Assembly (NCBI GenBank): GCA_937625935.1
Contig: OW569350.1
Coordinates: forward strand, 434,001-498,000
Direction of reading: 5' to 3'
Length of the DNA stretch: 64,000 nucleotides
DNA from: Tetramitus jugosus
Lineage: Eukaryota; Protista; Heterolobosea
Shown here: positions 34,049-48,026 of the stretch, in pieces
How the letters are laid out: each line of letters starts with the position of its first letter
Numbering within the stretch: position 1 is the first letter of the stretch
The notes under the pieces: generated by a model
Databases searched by the model: none
The model's input: only the letters and a program-made list of their open reading frames with translations
Told to the model about the DNA's origin: nothing
Position numbers and translations under genes: made by a program

Positions 34049-35362
34049 AGGAACGATGGATCGCAAAAATGAAACCTCAACAATCAATTTCCCCTAGGAG
34101 ACACAGTGCTCCTGCCAAATCACAGCAAAACCCTCTACAATTGAGTTACAGCGGTAGTATTCCCTCTCGTTTTGAACCCAATGTTCCAGAGTCAAATCGT
34201 CAAGAAGGGTTCAATTCTTCAGCTCCAAGGTTTGGCAGCTCTAAAACACCTGTACCAGGTCCAGGGTCTTACTCGATCCAAAACCAGCACAATCCAAGCA
34301 TATCTTCCAAAGGTTATGGATATGGTATTGTCTCCAAAGTGAGTCTTGATTCATGATGTAACTAAGCTATGACTTGTTTTTAACATTTCTAAAATTCTAA
34401 AAGGAAAAGCGATTTATGGATGCCCCCAAACCTACTTTCAACACTCCGGGACCTGGTGAGTACGACATCACCAATTTTGTCTCAAAGCCTGGTTGTATCC
34501 GACTCTCACCACAGTTTAAAGTACCCACTAATTGTAGCATACAAAATCCAATGTTAGCTATGAACGATCAGAGATCTTCACATAAGATAATGAAATCTGA
34601 TTCTCCCGGACCAGGACAATACAGCGTAAGTTATATCAGATCTCACTCTTTTCCGAGCTGATTACTAACCAATCAATACAGATATCAAACAACGAAGTTG
34701 AAAAAGAGAGTGTTTCATATGGGGTTTTCAAATCTCACAGCAGACGACTTTTTGAGACAGGAGAGAAGATAGAACCGGTACTAACACAATCTCATGCACT
34801 ACTCAGAAACACCAAATCTTCTCAACAAAAACCCAATATAAAAGAAGCATTCATCAGATATGATGAGAAACTACCTTCAGCATCTTTCCGATCCACTGCA
34901 GATAAGCACCTTCTGGATACTGAACTGAAACGCATTTCAAGAGTCAAACCTCATCCAAACGCCTCTCCAGATCGAATAAAACAGAACGAGAAAAAATACG
35001 AAGTTAGACAGAGAGTGTTGGAGGCATATGACTCTGCTCCGTCAAGTGTATTTGCTAATGCCGAAAGGATTGATAGGTTTGGAAATCTATATCACCCAAA
35101 GTTGAAAAAGGAAGTTACGCCCGGACCAGGAGAATATAATCCTATGGAAGTGGATAAGAGAGGTTTCAAAAAATCCCAATCACTCTTGATTAGTAGCTCG
35201 TTCTTCCTCAGTGACACAAACAGGTTTCGGAGGAGCAACATTGCAGGCGACATGTACATTGCAACAGCGACGGACCACCTTTCTCCGACAACTTATGACA
35301 TTAGAAATTCCAATCCCCCAAAGAAGAGCTTCCACAGAAATGTAAACAAAACGTGGTTGTAG
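34049..35362 (+). CDS. SHIPPO/STPG (PGPGxY) repeat axonemal protein; introns about 34339-34403 and 34626-34681
   Basis: GFNSSAPRF; four PGPGxY repeats (PGPGSY, PGPGEY, PGPGQY, PGPGEY); ISSKGYG; KKSFHRN..W end. Confidence 0.85.
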
Positions 35363-35464
35363 CCACAATTTGTAAATCCCAAACTGATTTTGGAAGATTG
35401 ATTACTTAATCTTCCGACGAAACAAAAACCAAAAAAGCTGGCCAAACAACAGAAAACATCAACA

Positions 35465-38400
35465 ATGGTGTTTGGCAAATTATCTTCTGATCAATGCAAG
35501 AGACAGATTGGCAGGATTCATAATTTGCAATATGTGAGCATTGTTGTCAGTGCCATATCCTGCATTAGCTCTCTCTTTATCTTTCTAGGCTGTTTTGTGT
35601 ACAAGAGAGAAGTGAAGCAATCACCTCGGATGCGATTGTTGCTCTTTATGAACATTTTTGGATTTATTTATTCGCTTTGTTTGGGAATCGAAGCTGCTTT
35701 ATTGTCTTCTCGTATGTCGGTCATGCTTCTTTTGTTTTGTTTGATACTTGTTGTTGTTGTTTGAACATCGTATATATATTGTTATTATTGTTCATGTAAC
35801 TAAAGTGCGATGTGTTGTTGACATACATGTGTGTCTGTAGCTGGAAGGATATCATACGATTATCCCTTTTGTCAAATTCAGGCATTCGTTTCCAATTCGA
35901 CTGCACTGGCTCTCAATTGTTGGTCCCTTGCCTTCACTCTGTACTTGTACTTTGGCGTGATTGGTCATGTGTCGTTCACTGCCCTTCAAAAGTTGTATTC
36001 CAGGATTGAGTACGTGTTTCTGTTCATGTGTCTCATTGTTATTCCACTGCCCTTCTTTATCATGATATTTCCAATGCCCATTGCAGGATCAAAGCCATTG
36101 AGATATGTCCTTCTGTACAATCATTCGGATAAGCAGTGGTGTGATTTTGCAAATGTGAGACGACCGAATGACCCATCTGATTATTTTGATCCGCTCATGC
36201 TGTTCCCACGGTCTCAGTCGCCCATTGGAGGATCAACCACAAACTATTATCCATCATTGCATGGGCAACAACCAATGTCGTTCTTTCGAAATTCTACGGA
36301 TCCGTCTGATCGAGTCGAATACTCGTGGGCTCTATGGTGGGAACTCGGATTCTTCTATGTGCCAAACGCAATCATGTTTATCATTAGCTTACTATTCTAT
36401 GTGAGAATTATATTTAAGATTAGAGCCAACAGTAAACAATTGGAGAAGAGAAAAACGTTGCAACAGTCGAGAGATTCTACTCAGAAGGAGGATCAAGCAA
36501 CAGAAAAGAAGAGCAAAATTGCAAAGTATATCAACGTGTTTCGACCTTCGACAAGAGATGCACCTGCAACAGAAAGTTCACCATCTAGTGCACCTCCTTC
36601 TCCGAACGTTCAGGGCGCACATGCCTTATCGAAGCAAACAAGCTTCAAATCATCTTCTCCAAAGAAAACATCATCGGACGCTCTTAATAATATGATATCT
36701 CCTGTCATATCATCTGCTACGCCTATAGAATATTATGATATGAACAGTAGCTCTCCTGCAACGAATGCCAACTTGGACGCAAATGTACAACTCATCCTGC
36801 AGCCATTCCATTTTAGACTTTCTCGAATTACATTGAACGATATAGAGGAATATGCAAAGTTTTTACAGTCACAAACAAGAACAGCCTCATACTATATTGG
36901 AGTTTTAATGCTCAACTGGGTCATATGGATTATTGCTCGAGTGTTGTGGGAGTTTGGAGATTGTAATTTGAATGCACAGAGCAGTCGCATTATATTTGTT
37001 ACCCTGCTTATTTTCTTGCAATGCAGTGGCCCGCGTGTCGAATGTATTTTATTGAGTATTATTTATGGAATTGCTGAGAATACAGTATCACCAAACAGAT
37101 TGAGTGATGTATTTGTTGATCTAGTAGCACTTCGATACTTTAAAGAATTCTGCGTCAACAAATCTATGACGAGCGAAAATACGTTGGATGCTACCCCAGA
37201 GACCCCATCGAATGATAGTAATACTGGCAATACTGGTAGACTGACGCTTTGGCGAAGAGTTAGTAATTTGATGTGTTGCCGCACTTCGTATGACAATGAA
37301 TTGCAGATCAATAACAGTAACAAGATGAATCAAAAGAAACAACAAAATTGTGAATTCGATTATGATGATCTGCTATTCTTTTGGTTCGACGTACAAAAGA
37401 TGAGAATGGCTATCGAAAAGCGAAAAACTCTACTCGATGAATATCATAAAATAATGAAACGGTCACAATTTGGTGAATGTGAGTCTCCATCTACTATTGA
37501 CGTGTTGAAGCAACAAATTGACTTTTACAAGAAGAAAATATTAGAGTATGCTCGAGATTTATGCTCAACATACTTTAGTGAATCTGCGCCACTACCGATC
37601 CATAGAAGTGGAATCATCAGTAACATCCAACGAAATAGAATTCGAACGATTGTACTACAGGAAGCTTATATGAGTGAAGATGAAGAGGGAAAAAGTGAAG
37701 AGGAGAGTGAGAGTGATGACACGAGCGCAAGTGCTGCCTCTGATGCATACTCCAGCGACTCTGATGCCGACAGTGTCAACGCTACGCCCATCAAAATTTC
37801 ATTCAACACGCACCAAAATAATAATAACAACTATAGCTCTATCAGCGGGAACAGTGGTAGTGGTACCCTTGTGATTGATGATGATGCGGTCGTTAAACAG
37901 GATGAGTTGATAAAATCAAACAAAGAAATGAAGATTTTAAAGTTATTTGCTGAACCTCAACGAGTGGCATATCAGAAACTCACGCAACTCATGAACGAGT
38001 TTCAATCCAGCTTGCTATTTCAAGAGTTGACTCACGTGCTTAGAATGAAAGCAGTCAGTCGGAGTCGGTCGTTGTACAAGGATATCCTTAACAGAATGGT
38101 GTTCCATACATTTAAGTTTATTCGAAGAGGATATCACACCATTAAGAACACTTGCGCACAATGTTGTGGATTCAGTCGTAGTGACACACATAACAGCACG
38201 ATGGGTTCTTTCTATGACGCCGATTATGAGTACGAAGGCTATGACGAGAATGAACGGTTGCTGGGCTCTCGTGGTTTGAAGTATAATAGTATGAGCAGAA
38301 GCAGAAGTGTGACCAACAGAATGAATACTTTGGTGGGAGCGGTTATGATGTCTTCCAATACTGTGGATGAACAAACTAGCCGTGCGATTAAGATTGAAGA

Positions 38401-38485
38401 TGTTGAGATCTTCATCTATATCAAGGAACAAAAGAAGGCCAAGATGAGAAAGAAGCAACAATTAGGTGCTTTCAACTCATTTTAA
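35465..38485 (+). CDS. cAMP-receptor-like 7TM GPCR fused to an RGS domain; intron 35712-35840
   Basis: Seven TM segments with FCQIQAF..WSLAFT, ECL2 WC and FFYVP. RGS helices: LSDVFVDLVALRYFKEFC, LLFFWFDVQ, LCSTYFSESAPLPI, LFAEPQRVAYQKL..EFQSSLLFQ. Confidence 0.82.
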
Positions 38486-38502
38486 AAATAAATTGAATGT
38501 AT

Positions 38503-39121
38503 TTAATCAACATCTCTCCGTAACTTCTTTGGAGAGGATGCATGGGGAGTTGAGGAGACAGTTGTGGGCAGACTGTCTGTCCTATCTGGTAGATAATGAC
38601 TGCTCTTACCTCGACTTAGATCTTCAATTTTGATAATTGAAGGCTTACCACTGCCATCACTTCGATCTGGTGTCGTGAAATCAATCACAACAGTGTCCAG
38701 CTTTCGATCAGAGACCATGACACGTGAGGGTGACACACGAATGGCTTGACTCTGCTGCTGCTGTTGTTGTTGTTGCAACGACATTTGTTCATCATAAACG
38801 GCTGACATTGCTTTGGCAATCTCTGACACTTGTCTCTTTCTCAACTTCAACGAATGGTGAGAACACGAGAGTGTAATGATTGTATTCAACTTGAAGATCA
38901 AAACAGAGAGCAACTCTGGTGGAATCTGATGACTGTTGAGTGCTCTCTGAAATGATTTCATTTGTAACATGGATATCAATGAATCAATGTCTAAATTTTG
39001 ACACAGATACTCCAGAATGCTCAATTGACGATAGACAATGGCTAGATGAATGAGTGAATATTGATGAACGGGAGTGCAACGGAGAATAATGTTCGTATCA
39101 GCAGATGTCTCACTCTTATTA

Positions 39122-39156
<35 letters not shown>

Positions 39157-40761
39157 GGTATGACTGGTATGATTATTTACACGAGAATTGTTGGAGGGGG
39201 AAGAAGAAGCAGAGGAGGAGGAGGAGGAGGCCGATGCTGATTGAACATTGTAAATGTACTCCAATAGAATAGCCACAGATTGTTCATAATTGTGCTTGAT
39301 GGACAATTGTAATAGATTATATGATTCGAACAATTGTTGTTGTTGTTGTTGTTGATTTTCATGCATATTATTGTTGGGGTTGTTCTTTAGATTCATACTA
39401 TGATTGTTATTATGATGACTGTTGTTATTGTTGTTGTTGTTGTTGTTGTTATGAACACCATTCAAGTCATGGTCATCATCATCATCATCTCCACCATTCT
39501 TGAAGTCATCTTCATCTGCGCCTTCAATGGCCATGTGTTCAAACAGTCGTCTCATTGCACTCAGTGACAACTGAATCTCTTCTTGTTCATTACTACTACT
39601 ACTACTATTATAGTTGGTACTATTACTGGTCTTATGAACTGCATTGTTGTTGTTATTAGTATTAGTATGAGTGTTTGTATGCTCACCATGACTACTCTTG
39701 TGCTCATGTTGTTGTTGTTCATTGCGAATCTGTTCTACAAAGTACTCGTGTGCCAATGGCAAATATTCGAGCAACAAGTCAGCACTGGCACACAATAGAT
39801 GCAAGAATGTCATTCGATGATATCCCATGACACTGAATTGATTGTGACTACTACTACTACTACTACTACTATGATCATTCTCATGATGAGTATTACTATT
39901 ATTACTACTATTATGGTTGTTGTTGTTGTTATTGCTATTCATGATAATGTTTCTGTCTTCATACAAGAGTTGTGGATGGCACGTGTGAGTAATCATGTCC
40001 ATGTACCACATCATGTCTACATCGTGATTCAACACGAGAATGGCATGAGCCAATCCACACAGGAGACTGTGATTGGGAATGGATTGATGATACGAGTGAT
40101 GCAATTGAGACATGATGCAACGGAAGCAACAACAATTGTGATGATTTCTTTTGTTGTTGTTATTCATGTATTGATGAGGATGAAAGTGGTGTTGTTGCTG
40201 GTGATCTTCATCATGTCTCCTCTTGGCAATGTTGATGAGACAATAGAGCATGTCATAACTGCCATGATCAATACAATAGGGTATCAAATGAATGAGCAGT
40301 TGTGGTTGTTGAATAATGAGAGAGATGACCGCATGAGAATTGTCACTCTGTATGGCCATTTGACCTTCCATAATCAAGTGATGATGATGATGATGATGAT
40401 GCTGGTGGGAGGATGGTGATGCTGTTCTCTGTCGTGGTGATGATGATGATAATGATGATGATGGAGATGATGGAGATGATGGAGGTGGTAGAGATGATGA
40501 TGATGATGATGATGATGGAGATGGAGATGTAGATGTTGTGGTTGTTGTATGACGCGGAGGAGTGGATGATGATAGTGAGGGTGATTGAGGTAGGTGGAGA
40601 GGAGGTGATGAATCACCATAGTCTTCCACTTCATTATTTCTATTGTTGTTGTTGTTGTTGTTGTGTGCATGTTGCTGCCTACTACTATTATTCTTGTTAT
40701 TATTCACATTGCTCACGTGTGATAAATGAGTGCTGGATCGTGACGTTGTATTCATCATCAT
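38503..40761 (-). CDS. Low-complexity (N/S/Q/H homopolymer) protein with probable degenerate ankyrin repeats
   Basis: 752-aa ORF; TFLHLLC, NLLQLSIKHNYEQSVAILL, SLIHLAIVYRQLSILEYL. Confidence 0.65.
39117..39156. repeat. (ATT)n microsatellite encoding poly-Asn; one of many trinucleotide tracts in 38.5-50.6 kb and 56.2-63.6 kb
   Basis: Directly visible tandem repeat. Confidence 0.95.
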
Positions 40762-41246
40762 TTTTTCTGCTAAAGAATAAAATTAGGTTGCTATTACTGA
40801 TGTGCGTGTGTTGTGTGATATCTCTCACTCACTTCTGCAGAAGAATGGATTTGTTGTTGTTGGTTGTTGGTGGTGGAAGCAAGTTCACTCGGGAGAGAGT
40901 TCAAAGGAGGCTAACGTATGAGATGCTATTGGGGGTGGAGGCTAAAATGATAAGGTTGGGGTGCGGACAGAAGGTGGTTTATGGCCGTCACTTTCAATGG
41001 TTTTTATTCGAATGGAAGGGTGTGTGTTGTTTTAGGGTGTTATCGAGATGAACCATATGAGTTGTGTCAATAATATTTTGGAGAGTACAATGATGTTCGA
41101 CAACACGCCAGATGAGACTGCAGCCACAGATGACAGAGGGCTAACACCGATTCGGCTCAGGGGACTCATCAAATAATTCAACATGTGAGGAGACAACGAA
41201 TCACTGTTTCGCGATTCGGCACACATCGGAAAATTTCTCAAAGCTT

Positions 41247-44200
41247 TCAGATAGCATCACCCGATTCTTCATTTTCGTCATTGTCCGCTTCTTCCAGAGC
41301 AATGGTGTCTTCGCTCTGAGGTGTTTCCACAGTTTGGATGGTGCCCTTTGATTCATCAGATAAGGTATTGTTCTTGGCTGTGGCAGTTGTTACTTGTGGC
41401 CTCTTCAGTCTTCTTCTATTCTTCTTGTCTTGTTGCACATCTGCTTCACTCTCGTCGTCTTGTTCGGTCGTGTGATGCTTGGGCGTCTTGTTACCTGTCA
41501 TGTCCTCCTGACTGATCATGTCTTCGTTCTCCATGTTGGAGTCTTCAGATACTTCCACGGCTGAAGATTCAGGTTCAACTGTTTCTACAGGCTTCTCTGT
41601 TGTTTCTTCGATCCTTGGCTTCTTGGTGACTGGTTCAGCAGTGCTCAAATCCAAGGTACTTTCTTCAATGCCGGTATCTTCGTTGTCAGTCTCAATTTCA
41701 TCTGCGTGTCTCTTGCCAGTTGTTCGTACAGGAGTAGTAGCTCTTCTAATAGGGGCAGTCTTCTTGACAGTGGTAGTTTCGGCGGAGGAGCTAGTAGGTG
41801 ATTCAACTCTTTCTTGCGATGAGGAGGCTGATGCTGTTTCAGCTTTAGCAGCAGCAACAGCATTCTGCAATTCCTTCTTTTCCTTCAATAGTGCCATGGA
41901 ATCCAAGGTCATCTTCAGTTTCTCTGTCTTTAGTTGCTTATTACTGGCTTCCAATTCCTTAATTTTGTTAGTCTTTTCATCCACCAGTTGGGCCTTATCT
42001 TCCAAGAGCTGAGCTTTCTCTTCCAATTGTTTCGTTAGATCATCTCTCTTTTGCTTGGCCTCTGACAACTTCTCCTTGACAAATGTCATGAGTTTAGTGT
42101 TGTTTGCCTTGAGTTCTTCAACATTCTTCTCCAACTTTTGCTTCTCTTCCTCAAACGATTTCTTGTCATTCTTCAATTGTTCAGTCAATTGAGAGACACG
42201 AGACACGAGGGACTCAGTGTTTGTCTTGCTAGAGGATGTTGATTCGACCAATTGGTTAAGTTGTTTCTGCAGTGCATCTCTCTCCTCTTGGATAGTGACC
42301 AACTGTTCCTGCAGCTTCTTGTGCTCGTCAGGATCAATTTGCTTATACTTTTGCAATAGATCTCTACTTCTCTGTTGCCATTTTTCAGATTCTTGTCGAG
42401 CCTGTTCCACTTCGGTCTTCATCTTCTCATTCTCGGTTCTCAGGCTTTCAATCTGATGGAGAAGAGCACGTGTTTCTGATTGAGCACTTAGCACCTTTGC
42501 TTCCAACTCTTCCTTCTCCTTTGAAAGAGTCGTACGGTCAGCACGCAAGGTCTGATTACTTTCCTTGAAGATTTCCAATTGTTCTTGCAACTGTTTGACG
42601 TCTTCAGAGGAAGAAGACTTTTGTTGATTGGCATATTGAAGTTTCATCTTGAGTTCTTCGATTGTTCGCAAGGACTCCTCAAGCTTTTGAGAGGTACGCT
42701 TCGATTCCTGTTCAGCAATAGACAACTTGCTGGACAAAATGTCCTTGTCTCTTCTCAGAATGTTGGCCAACTCTCTCAAATCGTCCACCAACTTTGATGA
42801 GGCAGCATCAGATGTCTCAGATACTGGCGCAGTCTCAGTGGCAGTTAATGGATTGATGGTTACTCTCAGTTTCTTGTTCTCAATTTGCAGTTGCTCAGAT
42901 TCATGTTCAAGCAGCCTGTTTGTACGCTTGAGAGACTCCAATTGCTCATTCATGTCAGAGATTTGATTCTTGAGTGTTTGTTCTTGCTCACTCCATGACT
43001 TTCTCATATTCTCAATGGATGCTTCCAAATTTTGAGCCTTTGCCTGAGCAGTCACAAGTTCAGATTCAACCTTATTGAGTTTCGTCTTTGTTTGATTCAA
43101 CTGATCAACATCAGCGGCATGCTTGAGAAGTTCAGATTGATAGTCTTGTTGTGCTGCTTGAGTTTTGGCAATCTGGGAGCTCAATTCCTGTTCCAAGATT
43201 TGAAGCCTGTTTTGAGAGCTGACCAAGCTGGACTCAATTTCTTTAGAACTGCTCGTCAAGTTTTGTTCCTTCTTCTCTGCCTTTCTTCTCTCAGCATCCA
43301 GCTCTTGTTTAGTATTCTCTAGTTCGATAATCGTGTTTCTGAGCTCTTCATTTGCTTCGTTCAAGTCAGACTCTAGTTTCGTGATTCTTGCCTGATGTTG
43401 CTTCAACTTTTCTTCAGTTGCAGTCTGGTATTTTTCATAGGCTACTCCGTGCTCGCTCAGTGCTTGTTCATTATCAGCTGCAATCTTCTTGAACTCCTCG
43501 GCCACTCTCTTTTCCTTTTCAAGCGATTCGGTCAAAAGTTCAACCTCTCTTTGTGCTTGTGTCAATTGGAGCGTGAGTTCTTGATTGTCAGACGACAAAA
43601 CAGAGTCAGTGTTGCCAATCAATTGCTTTTCTAGGATACTGTTCAGTCTGTTGTCAGTAGAAGTCAATTTGTTCTGGAGACTCTTGACAGACTCTTCCAA
43701 AGTCTTGACTTGGTTATTGGCTTGCGCGAGTTCACCTTCAAGCTTACTGACTTCAGAGCTCTTTGCCTGCACCATCTTTTCCATCTCAAACTTGTAGTCC
43801 TCCAATTTTACTTCGGCCAATCGAGTGAGCGTTCTCTCATCCTTAATCTCAGATTTCAATGTTTCAATTTCTCTCTTGAGAGCTTCATTCTCAATAATCA
43901 ACTGTTTCTTTGATGATTGATCCTGTTGTATCAATGACAATCTCGATTCATTCAGTGTCTTGAACATCTCTTCCAACAAGAGTTTCTCAGCCTTGGAGGA
44001 TTCAATTTGTTCTCTCAATCGTTCTGCTCTCTCCTCACTGTACTTCTTCTGGGCTTCCATATTGTTCTTCTCAACTTCGAGTTGCCTGTTGCTTTCCTTG
44101 AGTTTGATATTCATCTGGTCCATCTCCACCACCTTCTTCTCCAACTGAGAAAACTTTTCAGAAATCTTGGCATGAGTGTCGCGCAGTGAAGTGAGTTGTT

Positions 44201-46759
44201 GCTTGGTAAATGCTTCATCAGATTGAAGACTCTTGAATCGTTCTTCAAGCACCAGATAGTCAGCCTTCTTGTTGGCCAACTCTGTGTTGCATTGATTCAA
44301 CTGAAGCAATAGATTATGGTATCTCTGATCGTCCATTTCCTTGTGCTTCATGAAATCTTGTTGAATATTTTGCAACTCTCGAGTAGTGATATGTGAGACA
44401 GTATCGGCATTCGATGATCCAGTATCGGATGAAGTGCTGGTCCTTGAGTTGGTTTGATTGTTGCTGCTATTGTCAGAAATAGATTGCATGTCTCTGATTT
44501 GCTTGCTCAATTCATCATGCAACTTCATGTACATGTTTCGTTGTCTAATGAGACTCTGCAGTGACTTGTTTTGAGTTTCGCGCTCATTGCGCAACTTTTC
44601 AATTTCATCCACAAATTGTTTCATCTTTGCTTCAAACTCCTTCTTCATGTCTGATTTGAGTGATTGATCCAACTTGTTCTTCTCGACTTCGACGCGCGCA
44701 ATTCTCTGGAGCAATTGTCTATTCTCTTCTTGCATGCGCTTCAAGTCACTGAATAGTGGTTGATCTGCTGCTGTTGCTGTAGTTGTTGAAATGTTGTGAA
44801 GTGAGAGATCAGTGACACCGAGACCATTCAATCGATCCTTGTGCTGTGCACATTCCATCAACAGAGCTTGAACCTGTTGAGACATTTCATTGTTTTCCAC
44901 TGATAGCACTTGCACTTCATGAGAGTAGTGGTCTCTCTGTTCTCTCACTTGCTTGTACTCATTCTTCAAATTGTCATAGTCTCTGGTCATCATGTGATGC
45001 TTCTTTGTAAGATTGAAATGAGCACTCAAAATTCGTTCGTACTCTTCTCTCTGCTCCTGAATGACTGGTGCCTTCTCTTCCAACTGTTTCATAATACTGT
45101 TCAACACGTCGTTCATGCGCTTGATTTCATTCTTTGATTTGATCAATTCTTCTTCACACTTGATATACTTTGTGCAATAGTCGGTAGAGTTGCTAATGCC
45201 TCGTTGAATGAGTTGAGATGCACGCAACTGTTGTTGCTGTTGTTGAGCAGCAGAATCAGAGGATAGTGCTTGTTGTTCCTGCTGTTGTTGTTGCTGCTTC
45301 AACTGCTTTAGCTCCTCTCTCGTCTCAAACAACTGCTTCTTGCAAACGTTCCACTTTTCAATCACTTCAGACTTTTCATGAATCAACTGCTTTCTCATCT
45401 CATCTCTCAACCGATTCTCATCCTCTATTCTCAATTCCAAATGTTCAAACTTTTGCCTGTACAACTCAGTCAATTGTCTCTGAGAGTTCAACTCGATGCG
45501 ATAACTGTTGTCACTATTGGTCAACTTTTCACTCATTTCATTCAATTGAGTCAATTGAGATTGAATTGTTTGTTCATTCTTTGCATTCAACTGTTTCAAG
45601 TGTTTGATTTGTTGATTCAATGACTCGATTTGTTCCGTGTTCAGTGTCAATTGCGACTGCAGTTGAATCAATTGTTTGGATGACTCTGATTTCATGCTTG
45701 TATACTCTTTTGACTTGAGTTCCAATTGTTCATTGAGCCACTTGTTGTGATTGTCTGATATGGTTCTCTCCTGTTTCAATTTTTCAACTTGATAGGACAA
45801 TTGGAGTTGTATACTGGTGGAGTCAATCATTTCAATTTGATTGTTGGCTGTGCTCTGATTCATTTCAATCATTTTTTGTCTCAATTGTTTCAATTCATCT
45901 ATTGTGTGGGTAGGTGTGCGTGTTAGTGAATCATAAAAGTACAGATTGACAAGAGAAATGATATATATGTGTATATGCATATAAATATGTGTATACCTAA
46001 TAATTGATTATTCTCCAATGTTTTTTGTTGAACGAGAGAGGATGCACTCGTCTTGTCATGTCTCAATGATTCAATCATGGCATCACTCTCCTCCTTCCAT
46101 GCTCTGTGCTGTGCATTCAATTGTTCACACTTTTGTTTGTATTCTGTGCACGAGTGTTCCACTTGTTTCAACTTGTTCTCCAATTCAGTCACCTTGTTGT
46201 TCAATTGCCGTACTTGATCCTGTGCATGATGTTGTTCCTGTTCTGTCTTGTTCATTTCATTCTCTATTGTATGATATTGTATGATATTGTATGATATTGT
46301 ATGATATTGTGTGTGAGTTGTTATTGTTGTGACAAGAGCTGAGAAAAAGAAAGGGTTGTTGTTGTTGTGTATATATATACCTGATTGAATGCGATAAACT
46401 TCCAAATCTGCTTTCGTTCTCTGCAATTCCTTCTCCTTTTCATCAATGACCACTTGTGCCTTGTTCATCAATTGAATAGGATCATTTTTCAATGAGGAGA
46501 ATTCAGTGAATGACATGAATGAGAATTTGATGAGTGGTGGTGGTTGTTGATCATTTTCTTCTTGTTGTTGTTGTTGGTCGTCATTGGTTGCAACTGTGGT
46601 TGTTGTCGTTGATGGTGTTGGTGTATTTTGTTCTGTTGGTGTGGTTGTTGATTGATCCACATTCACAGTTGAGTGTTCCTGTTGTTGATCATGTTGTTCT
46701 GGTTGTTGATCAACAGCATCGGTTATGGACGATGGTGGTGATGTTGGTGGTGATGACAT
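41247..46759 (-). CDS. TPR: Nuclear basket coiled-coil protein TPR/Mlp1; introns about 46266-46380 and 45902-45996
   Basis: Over 1700 aa of coiled coil; LEEKAPVIQEQREEYER; AQQDYQSELLKHAADV; LRRDKDI; ESNQTLR; WQQRSRDLLQKY..IDPDEH. Confidence 0.9.
46266..46310. repeat. Intronic 10-nt tandem repeat (ATTGTATGAT)x4
   Basis: Directly visible, next to the 3' splice site of TPR intron 1. Confidence 0.9.
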
Positions 46760-47121
46760 GATCAATACTTTACTTTTGTTTGCCAATTATCCCCCTTGTC
46801 AAAAAAAAGTGTGTGTTGTTCGGTTTTTTTTTTGCTGCAAAATGGGTTTTGTTTGTGTGAACTGTTTTTTTGAATGACCACAAGATCAATTGGAAAGACA
46901 GATTGTGTGTTTATTTTGTCGAGTACTCACTCATATCATTGTGACGTTAGAAGATGATCTCATCGCTCAAGACAAAGCAGCATAGTACTACAATGTGACT
47001 ACAGTGCATGCCGCAAGATGATGAATTCATCATGAACCCCCAATTGCCCGAGAGAGAGACAAACAGTGCTGTGCTCCCAAAAATGCAGTGGTGCCACAAT
47101 ATTTCCTTTTTCTGTACATGC

Positions 47122-47469
47122 CTATTGTTGCTGTTGTTGTTGTTCAAGTTGCAATGAAAAGGAAGGTTCCGCTTGTTGTGATGATACTTGTTGTTGTTGT
47201 TGTTGTTTCATTTTCAATTGTTGTGATACGATATCGTACACTGCATTGTGCTTCTCCACACATCTCTCAATACACACAATCTCTCCTGGGTGTAAATCGG
47301 GCAGTGATCCCTTGATTCTCACACAAGAGTCCCAACAGTCTTGTGAAATAAATCTCAGACGATTGGCCACCAGAAAATCCAATTTAATTTTGGCTACTTC
47401 AGAATCATAGAAACCATCACTGTCTTTGAATGCATTGCCCTGTATGGCCTTCTCCAATGGACTCTGCAT
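47122..47469 (-). CDS. Small Tim chaperone (Tim10/Tim9 family)
   Basis: Twin CX3C: CWDSC...LHPGEIVCIERCVEK. Confidence 0.85.
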   Translation of the reverse strand: MQSPLEKAIQGNAFKDSDGFYDSEVAKIKLDFLVANRLRFISQDCWDSCVRIKGSLPDLHPGEIVCIERCVEKHNAVYDIVSQQLKMKQQQQQQVSSQQAEPSFSLQLEQQQQQQ

Positions 47470-48026
47470 GCTTTCTTCTTTTTTTTTGGTGTGTTGTTTG
47501 TTGTTTGAACTTGGATTTATTAATTTCTCCGGAAGAAGGAGTGAGATGTCCATGGAATTCAGGAAGGATATGGATCTTCCATAACTTCTCGTGGTAGATT
47601 GCGATCCACTGTCTCATCTCTTCCCACCACTGGTATATCTACTCCTTTGCCCATCTCACCCGTAAAGCCCTGCAATATCTCTATGGTTTCATCTGTTTCA
47701 ACCAACTTGAGCTTCTTGCACACGGAGACAACGTAACTCTCACCATAAGAATCTGCATGGATCACGTGGGCTTCCTTCTTCATAATGTACAACTCTCCTT
47801 CGTGCACGAAGATATCCCCAATTTTAATTGTGCTTCTGTTCTCGTCCTTGTTGTTTTATCGATTCACCCTTTCGTTTTGTGTTTTTGTTCCAGCAACACC
47901 GGAGACAGAAACTCTGTAACTCTCGCCATAACCATATCCTTTGAACAACCATTGAGGCAGAACTTTTCAATGGCCAGTTTCAGAGCATATACAATGCACC
48001 CAGCAGTACAGACAACAGATGACCTT

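Noticed and set aside
39177-41051. Many V/M/C/L-rich ORFs in the repeat-rich zones
   Set aside because: Alternative-frame or antisense readings of trinucleotide repeats.
41030-41240. TGATGAG..CGAA segments resembling a hammerhead ribozyme, and a nearby TTAGGG as a telomerase template (similar CTGATGAG near 7965)
   Set aside because: The hammerhead core CUGAUGA/GAAA/UH is incomplete with no proper stem II; a single TTAGGG is expected by chance.
46266-46310. Tandem repeat considered as CRISPR-like
   Set aside because: No spacers; a 10-nt unit inside a spliceosomal intron.
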